From positions 32,001-96,000 of IMG/VR virus record IMGVR_UViG_3300032093_000012: DNA of 64,000 nt. One strand, 5' to 3'. The notes beneath the pieces are model-generated. The model made no database searches and was not told the DNA's origin. It saw only the letters and a program-made list of their open reading frames with translations. The stretch is from a virus. Below, one piece after another: positions 56,373 to 64,000 of this stretch (the first letter of the stretch is position 1; the number at the start of each line of letters is the position of its first letter). The position numbers and the translations under genes were made by a program.

Positions 56373-58873
56373 TCCTCTAACGTAGATATCTTCTTATTAT
56401 TTACTTTCCAGTGTAGTACATCAAGTATAGACTTGATCGGATCAAGGAAAGCTCTATCAAATTGCTTATCATAGTCAATGTATTTATTAATCTCAAGTTG
56501 TTTAGGCATAGCAGAATTTGTAGCTATGACGTTTTCTTGTCTTGTGATAGGATTAGGAGTAATAAGATATGCAAACTTGATCTTATCACCATTAGCAATT
56601 GGCTGATGCTTCTTCTCGAGACCTGCATCTTTAATTACTTTATTGTAGAGGAGAGATGCTCTAACTTGGATCGGCAGAGATTTCTGATCAAGCTTGTAGT
56701 GAAGAGGGAATGTACTACCACCATCATTCTTACGAAAGTAAATCATCTTAACACTACGAGGAAATGCTACTTCTTCGAACTCCATGTTATAGAACCTATC
56801 TCTAAAATCTTCAATGAAGTTAAGGACAGTTTTCTGATCAGTATTCATGATGAGTTCTAGTGTTTTCTTAATGTTCTCACGGCAAGATGCGGGTGTAGAT
56901 GAACGAACTGCTTCGATACCCATGATCTTAAGTTCTGGCTTTTCATACTGCACACCCTCGCTATTCCATACGTTGAGGATGTACATCTTCTTTGCTTTCC
57001 AGATACCTTTATTAGCGATGTTCTCTCGCTTCATCTGCATCTTCTGTTGATATGCATTCATCATGTCAGCAAGGTCTTGATACGACTTATTGATATAAGG
57101 CTGTATCTTCTGTTCACAGAATGCATCAAGCGCTCTAACTACCTCGTGATCATCTGTCATTTCCAACTTCTCAACGAGAGGACCCATGTTGACATACACC
57201 GAGTCAGTATCAGATGCAATCACATAGTCTTTATTATCCGTCTTGAGCATCTTGTTGAAGTATGCATTAATCTTCTGTTCGATCCAACGGATCGATAGCT
57301 GACCAGAAGTTGTGATTGCCTCCGCGTGATTAAAGTTGAACCACCTGAAGTATTGGTTACCCAACGCACCATATGCCGAGTTGAGCTGGATCTTTTTGGC
57401 AAGCTGGAGATTGTGATAACGCGATGCAAGTTTTTCGTCATCTTTGCTTTTCGTTTCTTTGAATCTTTTCTTGGCTTCAAGCATCTTGTCTTTGTAGATA
57501 ACACGATCATTGTACATCTTCTCCATGAGTTGAGGCAAGAATCCTTGTGTGTCTTTACGGTACATACAACCATTGGCTGCATAAGCTACCATGCCATCAC
57601 GATATTCCCAATTACCTTCTAGCAAATAATCGATTGAAGGAAATTGTGTACGACCAACAAAGGTTTCTGGTGAGATATTATATTGCATGATAAGGTGTGG
57701 ATAAAGAGAGTTCAAGTCGAAAGATACAACCCATTTATGCATACCTACCTGCGGGTCTTTAACATAGCCACCAACGAGAGTGTCGTAGTTATCTTCGATC
57801 TTTTGCTGCGGGATGACGATCTTCTGATCCAACAGGTAGTTGTGGATGATAACATCCCACGGTCGAACTGTAGTTAGTGTATCCATATAGTTGACTTTGG
57901 CATCATATGCAAGCGCAAACACCTGCTTAATAAAACCAAGCTTATCTTCAAGACGGTCTACGAGCACACAGTCGTGAATGTTATAGTCGATGAACTTCTC
58001 GTAGTCTTTCTTGTAAAGATCCAAGAGACTATCATATTCAGAGTAATCGAGCTTACGTTCACCAAGGACGATGTTAGCGATATGGTCTAGACGATACGAT
58101 TCTTGGTTAGTAAATGAAAACTTCTTATAGAGATGCATGTAGTCAAGGATAGTTACACCAGCAGGAACGAATGCTTGGTTCTTCTGGTCTCGAACGATGA
58201 TCTCTTTCTCGTCGAGGAACTTCCACGGCGAAAGCTTCTTGGCTTCTTTCTCGCCAAGCTGGCCGATGATACGGTTAACGATATACGGTACGTCAAAGAA
58301 CTCTACGTTCCAACCAGTCAATACATCTGGTGTCCAGTCAGGATGATTCCATGCAAGGATAAACTTAGCAAGCAGATCTTTCTCATCTTTACAAAGGACA
58401 TATGAAACATCATCAGACTTTGGCTTATAGTAACCACAACCAAACACGATGCTACGACCATTCTTACGAAGAGAGATAGCAGTGATTGGTTTAGATGCTT
58501 GCTTGATATCCGGAAAGCCGTCATCGCTAGCTACCTCGATATCGATAGTCACTACTGAAACTAGTTCAGGATCGTAGTCGATCTGACCGGGATACTCATC
58601 ATTGATGAATACGTATGGGTAGTTAGTTAGACCATAGAACTTGAAGTTAGATACGTCGCCATATTGCTTGACGAAGTCACGCGCTTCTCGCATAGAACTA
58701 AAGTTGATCTTGCCAACTTTCTTGTTGTCGAGAGTTAAATATTCGCCCTTATCAGAAGGGATGAAGAGGTAGGGTTGATAGTCTACCTCTTCACTAATGC
58801 GTTTACCGTTTTGATATCCACGTAGATAAATCTTGTTACCACGTGCATAGAAGTTTGTATAGAAACGTGACAT
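56360..58873 (-). CDS. gp43: Family B DNA polymerase
   Basis: DIEV, GWN..FD, FDLNSLYP, K..LNS.YG, SDTDS. Confidence 0.98.
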   Translation of the reverse strand: MSRFYTNFYARGNKIYLRGYQNGKRISEEVDYQPYLFIPSDKGEYLTLDNKKVGKINFSSMREARDFVKQYGDVSNFKFYGLTNYPYVFINDEYPGQIDYDPELVSVVTIDIEVASDDGFPDIKQASKPITAISLRKNGRSIVFGCGYYKPKSDDVSYVLCKDEKDLLAKFILAWNHPDWTPDVLTGWNVEFFDVPYIVNRIIGQLGEKEAKKLSPWKFLDEKEIIVRDQKNQAFVPAGVTILDYMHLYKKFSFTNQESYRLDHIANIVLGERKLDYSEYDSLLDLYKKDYEKFIDYNIHDCVLVDRLEDKLGFIKQVFALAYDAKVNYMDTLTTVRPWDVIIHNYLLDQKIVIPQQKIEDNYDTLVGGYVKDPQVGMHKWVVSFDLNSLYPHLIMQYNISPETFVGRTQFPSIDYLLEGNWEYRDGMVAYAANGCMYRKDTQGFLPQLMEKMYNDRVIYKDKMLEAKKRFKETKSKDDEKLASRYHNLQLAKKIQLNSAYGALGNQYFRWFNFNHAEAITTSGQLSIRWIEQKINAYFNKMLKTDNKDYVIASDTDSVYVNMGPLVEKLEMTDDHEVVRALDAFCEQKIQPYINKSYQDLADMMNAYQQKMQMKRENIANKGIWKAKKMYILNVWNSEGVQYEKPELKIMGIEAVRSSTPASCRENIKKTLELIMNTDQKTVLNFIEDFRDRFYNMEFEEVAFPRSVKMIYFRKNDGGSTFPLHYKLDQKSLPIQVRASLLYNKVIKDAGLEKKHQPIANGDKIKFAYLITPNPITRQENVIATNSAMPKQLEINKYIDYDKQFDRAFLDPIKSILDVLHWKVNNKKISTLEDWFA

Positions 58874-58936
58874 TAAATGCTACCTCAAGACTGTCAATTA
58901 TAGGCATATTATAACATATTTTAGATCAGAAGTAAA

Positions 58937-59407
58937 TTACTGTTTACCAGCTATCTTCTCTTGTCCACGTGTCCAAGCAGCAACACCAAGGATGGCACCG
59001 AATGCCATGTGAATCAATCCACCATTATCAAGTGTGATTGACTTCCACGGGATGTATGTCATGCCTTTTAAGAATTGTGGCATGAACATCGCGATGATTG
59101 GAAAAGCAACGAAGTCACAGAAACACATGATCATGTAAAGCCAGCCCATAGCTGGTCTCCACATTGATTTCATCCACGGTTCTTCTTGCTTAGCGTTTTC
59201 CGCTTTCCATTTTTCTCTTTCTAATTCAATGGCTGCAAGTTGTGCTGCCTCTGAAACTTGTGGTGTTGCGCTTGGTCTTGATGGACCAGTATCAACATAA
59301 CTAGTTTGTATAGATGCAGCTGCACCCTTTGTTGCGGGTGGTAGCTGATCCATCGCAGGCTTTGGTGCTACTGGTTCGTCGTCTAGTGTACCGAATTTAG
59401 GCATCAT
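58937..59407 (-). CDS. Holin (3TM/GTA-like)
   Basis: WRPAMGW.Y, H...GA.LG..AW.R..EK; coupled to endolysin. Confidence 0.75.
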   Translation of the reverse strand: MMPKFGTLDDEPVAPKPAMDQLPPATKGAAASIQTSYVDTGPSRPSATPQVSEAAQLAAIELEREKWKAENAKQEEPWMKSMWRPAMGWLYMIMCFCDFVAFPIIAMFMPQFLKGMTYIPWKSITLDNGGLIHMAFGAILGVAAWTRGQEKIAGKQ

Positions 59408-60027
59408 TAACCTCCAAAGATTTCTAAGGCTGCTTCATAATGATGCTTACGGTCTTCAAGACCTATTGTTCCACCGTTGATTTTTTTAGTTACAGTTAGG
59501 ATATCATCCTTATCTGCCCATTGATTGAGTTCACGTGAATCCCAGAACCAACCTGCAGACCATGCTGCACCCTCTTCCGTTTCTAACCATGTAGCTGCTT
59601 CTTGTAACTCCATGTTCATATCAGAAGCGAATGCTTGATAGTTGCTTTTGCCTGTTAATTGAATAAGACCACGACCGCAGTAGCGGTAACCATCACCAGA
59701 CTCAGGAGGACCGTTGCCCATTCTACTTGCGTAGACGAGGTTAGCAATCTTCTCTGGATTCTTGGCATACTCGTTTGGGTTCTTACCACGAAAATACTTC
59801 GGGAACACTTTTACGAGTGTCTCCGCCCTGTAGTTTAAGTTCTCCTTCCTAGCGCGTAGGCCACCAGATTCATGGCCTACTTGTGCTAAGAACATTGATA
59901 TTCTTCTTGGATTATTGATCTCATAGAATTCCATTACTTCATTTAATGAATCTACGAATGCTTGAACGATGTCTTCGTCAGTGTCTTCAAAAAACTCATT
60001 CAACTGTTCAAATGTTACTAAAGCCAT
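59407..60027 (-). CDS. GH19 endolysin
   Basis: FLAQ.GHES, ENLNY, GDG.RY.GRG.IQLTG..NY, INGG..GL.DR. Confidence 0.93.
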   Translation of the reverse strand: MALVTFEQLNEFFEDTDEDIVQAFVDSLNEVMEFYEINNPRRISMFLAQVGHESGGLRARKENLNYRAETLVKVFPKYFRGKNPNEYAKNPEKIANLVYASRMGNGPPESGDGYRYCGRGLIQLTGKSNYQAFASDMNMELQEAATWLETEEGAAWSAGWFWDSRELNQWADKDDILTVTKKINGGTIGLEDRKHHYEAALEIFGG

Positions 60028-60172
60028 TTTAATCTCCTATATCGTAATCAGATCATAATATAGGGATTCATCATGGCTTATTTATGATTTAAGAACGCTC
60101 CAGTTTTAGTATGCCACTGATCTTGCAAATCTTTAATCTCTAATATTAGTTCGTAAATGAACTTAAACATGT

Positions 60173-60337
60173 TCATGACCTTGCAAAGTGCTTGGCAGCT
60201 TCAAACAAGATCTCTTCTCTACTAAGACCAAGACTTTTTAACTCATGATCTGTAAGTGAATTTAACTGTGAAATTGTTGACACGTATAGTGAATAGTTAC
60301 TTGCCCATTTGGCAGCAGCTTCTAGTATATTTAACAT
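60173..60337 (-). CDS. DUF1127/YjiS-like small protein (54 aa)
   Basis: Hand translation contains QLNSLTDHELKSLGLSREEI, matching L..LSD..L.DIG..R.EI. Confidence 0.7.
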   Translation of the reverse strand: MLNILEAAAKWASNYSLYVSTISQLNSLTDHELKSLGLSREEILFEAAKHFARS

Positions 60338-60426
60338 TTGTGTAGTCTTTCTTTAGTTCGTATTAAATGAAAATGTGGCCAGTTGCTTTTGCCACCAGCC
60401 ACATGTCACATTATGTCATGATATAA

Positions 60427-60948
60427 TTACTTGTCTTCTACAAGAAGTTCTTTCTTTGACTTCTTTGAAGCTTCTGTATCTGTGATATCAATCTTCTTTG
60501 GCTTCTTATCTTCTGGAATGATATGTTCCAACCAGATCTTAAGGATGCCATTGACCATAGCAGCATTATTAACGACAACATTATCAGCTAGTGAGAATGT
60601 ACGAGTGAATGCACGATCAGCAATTCCCTTGTGAAGGTATTGAACATCAATGCCGTCTTCTGTGAGAGTTTCGACAGTTGTTTGACCCTTGACAACAAGC
60701 TTGTTATCTTCGAGTGTAAGTTCGATATCTTGCTTACCAAACCCTGCAACAGCAAGCTCAACTACATAGACGTTATCGTCTGTCTTCTTGAGATTGAATG
60801 GAGGGAATGCAGCACCAGCAGTCTTAGAAATGTGTTCTACAGTTTCTGCCATGCGTTGTGCAACTTTATCAGCACCAACGAAGAACTTACCAAACTTTTC
60901 GAGATCAGCAAAAGAGTGGTCGAATTTATATGTAGGCCAGTTTGTCAT
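60427..60948 (-). CDS. ibpA: Small heat-shock protein Hsp20/IbpA
   Basis: PP.N, ELAVAGF, YLHKGIA.R.F.R.F.LA, A...NG.L.I.L. Confidence 0.95.
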   Translation of the reverse strand: MTNWPTYKFDHSFADLEKFGKFFVGADKVAQRMAETVEHISKTAGAAFPPFNLKKTDDNVYVVELAVAGFGKQDIELTLEDNKLVVKGQTTVETLTEDGIDVQYLHKGIADRAFTRTFSLADNVVVNNAAMVNGILKIWLEHIIPEDKKPKKIDITDTEASKKSKKELLVEDK

Positions 60949-61001
60949 GTGTTTTCTCCTATTAAGCGAGTATTATAATAATGGATCCATTAGGCATCCA
61001 C
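60949..61001 (-). promoter_or_regulatory. ROSE-like RNA thermometer in hsp20 5' UTR
   Basis: CUC-G-CU UAAU AG-GAG hairpin (UCGCU opposite SD, bulged G) plus an upstream hairpin; TTGACA at 61031-61036. Confidence 0.75.
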
Positions 61002-61039
61002 AATTCTATATATATTCATTCACTTAAAAATGTCAATGG

Positions 61040-61246
61040 TTAGTGTGCATTTCTTGTTTCTTTTGCTTCAACTGACAGTGACATAGTGTCCATGTGAAAG
61101 TAATAAATTGGTGTTAATCCATGTTCTTTAAGTTTTTCACCACCTCGCAACATTAGACCAAAATTATTATTAACATCACCCATAGCGCAACACAATGTGT
61201 TTGCTTCTTTTAAGATTGATTCTTCAATTTCTTCCATAGTATTCAT
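61040..61246 (-). CDS. Hypothetical protein
   Basis: Coupled ORF. Confidence 0.6.
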   Translation of the reverse strand: MNTMEEIEESILKEANTLCCAMGDVNNNFGLMLRGGEKLKEHGLTPIYYFHMDTMSLSVEAKETRNAH

Positions 61247-61830
61247 CAGTCCCAGAGTCCTCTATAGTATTTGCCAAAAAGACGTAATCCATTTCTAATA
61301 CGATCATTATATTTGTTACTTGCTTCCAAGTCCCAACCATTTTCTTCTGAATAGAAGAGATCAATGTCACGTTCGGTATTAATAAGTTGATCAAAAGTCC
61401 AGATCAACTCATCCATGACCCAGTTATAACGTTCTTCTGCTTTCGAATCACTGCCATATTCATCTTTTACACCAGCTTCAATAGGTGTATCTTCTTCGTC
61501 AACAGAAAAATAACCGTGATTCTTTTCTTTGAGTTGAACAAGTAATGGATGAATTATAAGAGCAAGTGTGTGATCCATTGACCATGTATCATATGGATCA
61601 ATATGGATTTTTACTTTACGTTTCTTTTTGTTATCAAACCAATTGCAAAAGTCAGATACCCATGTGCTGGCTAGCCAATTGCCGAGTTTATCATGAGCTT
61701 TATAGTCCCAACGTTTTAAACGAGGATCATCATCATCGTAAATACCATGTTGATCTAGCCAAAAGAAGATCTTATCAGCTATCTGATAAGGTCCTGTCCA
61801 TCCTTTATAAGGTCCAATATTTACTTTCAT
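61246..61830 (-). CDS. Conserved phage hypothetical protein
   Basis: I.IDPYDTWSMDHTLA.II.P.L.QLK, GL.LFGKYY..LWD. Confidence 0.8.
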   Translation of the reverse strand: MKVNIGPYKGWTGPYQIADKIFFWLDQHGIYDDDDPRLKRWDYKAHDKLGNWLASTWVSDFCNWFDNKKKRKVKIHIDPYDTWSMDHTLALIIHPLLVQLKEKNHGYFSVDEEDTPIEAGVKDEYGSDSKAEERYNWVMDELIWTFDQLINTERDIDLFYSEENGWDLEASNKYNDRIRNGLRLFGKYYRGLWD

Positions 61831-62024
61831 GGTTCATCCTGTATGGTTTCATCTTCGATCGGTGGCCAATCAAGATTAGGAGCTTTTGCTTTCTCTGATT
61901 TAATTGCTGCTTCAAGAGAAGCAATGATACCGATACGAGCAAAAGCTTCTAGCTCTCCTGGTCCAAATTCTACAGTAGCATCAGCAGATCCGTCTTCATT
62001 TACTCTAACAATCTCAAGCTTCAT
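61827..62024 (-). CDS. Hypothetical protein
   Basis: NEDGSA motif; AGGAG SD. Confidence 0.65.
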   Translation of the reverse strand: MKLEIVRVNEDGSADATVEFGPGELEAFARIGIIASLEAAIKSEKAKAPNLDWPPIEDETIQDEP

Positions 62025-62069
62025 GATGTCACTCCTATAAATAGAGGGTATGGGTGAAAGGAACTAAAA

Positions 62070-62414
62070 ATGAACAAGCTTACCTTATATATAGCTGCCG
62101 GTATAATTGGCTTCGGTGTCCTTAGCGGTCTCTATTACAAGTGGCGCAAGGATATTGAACGCGAAGCCCTGTATGAATATAACCAGAAGCAGATCGAACA
62201 AAATCAAAGAGACCAAGAACGTCTTAGACAACAGCTTGAAGATATAGCCAAGAAACAAAAAGAAGTTGAAGAGGCTAATGCTGCTGATAAGAAAGAGTTC
62301 AAGGGCAAGATGGATGTTATCACTGCTGATATCGAATCAAAAGATACTGTAGATAGACCAGCTTCCGATGTACTTAAGAAGACTGTAAACAAACTAAAGG
62401 ATGCACCAAAATGA
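62070..62414 (+). CDS. i-spanin (Rz-like)
   Basis: N-terminal TM plus coiled coil; TATAAATA at 62036-62043. Confidence 0.72.
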   Translation: MNKLTLYIAAGIIGFGVLSGLYYKWRKDIEREALYEYNQKQIEQNQRDQERLRQQLEDIAKKQKEVEEANAADKKEFKGKMDVITADIESKDTVDRPASDVLKKTVNKLKDAPK

Positions 62415-62704
62415 AGTTGTTATTTGCCTCTCTTGTTGCTATCACGCTAGCTGGATGTGCATCTAAACCTCCTCAGGTTCTCACAAAGACTGAGATGCAG
62501 GTTGTAATGCCAGAAAGAACTATGTTCTATTGCCAGAATGTTCGCCGCTTTCCAAATCCAGAAACACTTACAGATGCACAGGTTGCTAAATTATTAGTTG
62601 AATTACATTCTAAAAATACAGAGTGTCAGAAAAATATGAATGCAGTTTATAAGTTTTTAGATGCTGCAAAGAAAGAAACTGAGAAGAGAGAAGAGAAGAA
62701 GTAA
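62411..62704 (+). CDS. o-spanin (Rz1-like lipoprotein)
   Basis: LAGC lipobox, Pro/Cys content, overlaps i-spanin stop. Confidence 0.72.
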   Translation: MKLLFASLVAITLAGCASKPPQVLTKTEMQVVMPERTMFYCQNVRRFPNPETLTDAQVAKLLVELHSKNTECQKNMNAVYKFLDAAKKETEKREEKK

Positions 62705-63505
62705 TTACCACCAACCTAATTTTTTAAGATGACTGATCCTATCATCCCATAGTTCATTAGTTATTTTTTTATTTTCATCGGAGAGCTTTTGAACAAGTTT
62801 CCATGATTTACTCAATTGAGCATATAGACCATCAAAATCTCTATTGAATAGAAGATTATCAAGATCTATAATCTCAAAATTTATTTTTTGTTTATTTAAT
62901 TCATCTAGTATAATTTTATGATTTAATAATCTGTCAGATTTTAAAATCGATTTTTCTGTTTTTTCAAAATTTTCTTTTATATTTGTTAAATCAACATTTG
63001 ATTTATACATAGTATTTGATTTAACATACAATGTATAGAGAGATGTTAATTCTAACTTATAATCAATGTAGTATAATTTTATATTGTGTTTATTAAACAA
63101 TTTTAATATAGTGAAGAATTTATCAAAAATGTCTTTACGATTAATATGATCATTAATATATGTAGTATGTGTGTTTATCAATGATCTACTGGTATCTTTT
63201 TTAAAATATTTAAAATAAGTTTCAAGATTTATATCTTCTAAAGATATATTTTCCCATTTGTTTGCAGAAAATTTATCTCTTATATTTTCATCTGCTATAG
63301 GAACAAATTTTTCTAACTCTCCTCTATATCCATTAGACCACCTATTAGATGATGAATAAATTTTATTTTTAGTTAGAGTCCAACCAGATCTAAATGATCT
63401 TTGTGTCACAGTGTCTAAAGTATACGAACACACATCTGTAAAATTAACTAAAAAATCTCCTGAAGCTCCTGGATCTGTTAGAAATACTATACCATTATAA
63501 GACAT
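62705..63505 (-). CDS. AT-rich hypothetical protein
   Basis: 266-aa ORF; PGASG.FL N-terminal motif. Confidence 0.65.
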   Translation of the reverse strand: MSYNGIVFLTDPGASGDFLVNFTDVCSYTLDTVTQRSFRSGWTLTKNKIYSSSNRWSNGYRGELEKFVPIADENIRDKFSANKWENISLEDINLETYFKYFKKDTSRSLINTHTTYINDHINRKDIFDKFFTILKLFNKHNIKLYYIDYKLELTSLYTLYVKSNTMYKSNVDLTNIKENFEKTEKSILKSDRLLNHKIILDELNKQKINFEIIDLDNLLFNRDFDGLYAQLSKSWKLVQKLSDENKKITNELWDDRISHLKKLGWW

Positions 63506-63783
63506 TACACTTTCTTTTCTTCCTCTTCTTCCTCTTCCTCTTCTTGTTCTGCGAGAAGTGCTAATGAAGCAGCAACACTATTCATAGTACTAGTCAACTT
63601 CTCAATAATTGTATCTTGACTGTAAATTGTAACCCAACAATAAGCAGCCCAAAATGACATCAACACCATATTACCATATGTAAAAGTATCAAACATGCTA
63701 TTAGACATGAATGTGAAATAAACAAACATTGCAGCTGAATATGCACTAGCAATGAGAGGGAAATATTTCCTATAAAAATGCAT
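63505..63783 (-). CDS. Small membrane protein with poly-Glu tail
   Basis: Two hydrophobic segments and a Glu run. Confidence 0.6.
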   Translation of the reverse strand: MHFYRKYFPLIASAYSAAMFVYFTFMSNSMFDTFTYGNMVLMSFWAAYCWVTIYSQDTIIEKLTSTMNSVAASLALLAEQEEEEEEEEEKKV

Positions 63784-64000
63784 TATGACTCCTTGATATA
63801 TTCTTTCAGCATATCATACAATTCTGGATTATGATCCATCCAGTGTTCACTTCTAATGTTATTAAGCTTATTATCTATCTCTAAGAATGAATTGAAATTT
63901 CCTGGTTTTTTCATCATTTCATTTTCAACCATCCTATAAGTATAATCGTCTATTTTATTTTTTAGATTAGAGAGAATACGATATTTAACTTCAAGAGGTA

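Noticed and set aside
28655-58873. Introns or inteins in nrdA, nrdB, gp61, gp41, uvsX or gp43
   Set aside because: All are contiguous and of normal length, with no splice-junction motifs seen.

Overview
64 kb of a large, AT-rich T4-like myovirus genome in the standard genetic code. Core genes are present: gp48, gp26/gp51, a tape-measure-like protein with GH19 and M15 hydrolase domains, gp32, gp59, gp33, RNase H, nrdA/nrdB, thyX, gp61 primase, gp41 helicase, UvsX, gp43 polymerase, holin, GH19 endolysin and spanins. About a dozen perfect T4 late promoters (TATAAATA) occur. An alphaproteobacterial host is inferred from a permuted two-piece tmRNA, a ROSE-type thermometer on hsp20, a DUF1127 protein and a YccA/BI-1 protein. 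Most notable: (1) a late-promoter operon csgF-csgG-curlin-FecR-curlin-CHASE2 adenylate cyclase, which resembles a complete trans-envelope cAMP signalling device; (2) a 33-codon ORF with its own SD that exactly fills the stem-closed intervening segment of the two-piece tmRNA; (3) a T TTT TTT -1 slippery site that fuses gp26 to an ATG-less gp51 just before the tape-measure gene; (4) a TctA/TctC transporter interleaved with a 2OG-Fe(II) oxygenase-like gene and a radical SAM gene; (5) an orphan structured ncRNA between a late promoter and a terminator; (6) two tRNAs with atypical variable arms; (7) enzymes with capsid-targeting-like N-termini. All family calls come from motif recognition by eye. 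No database search was run.
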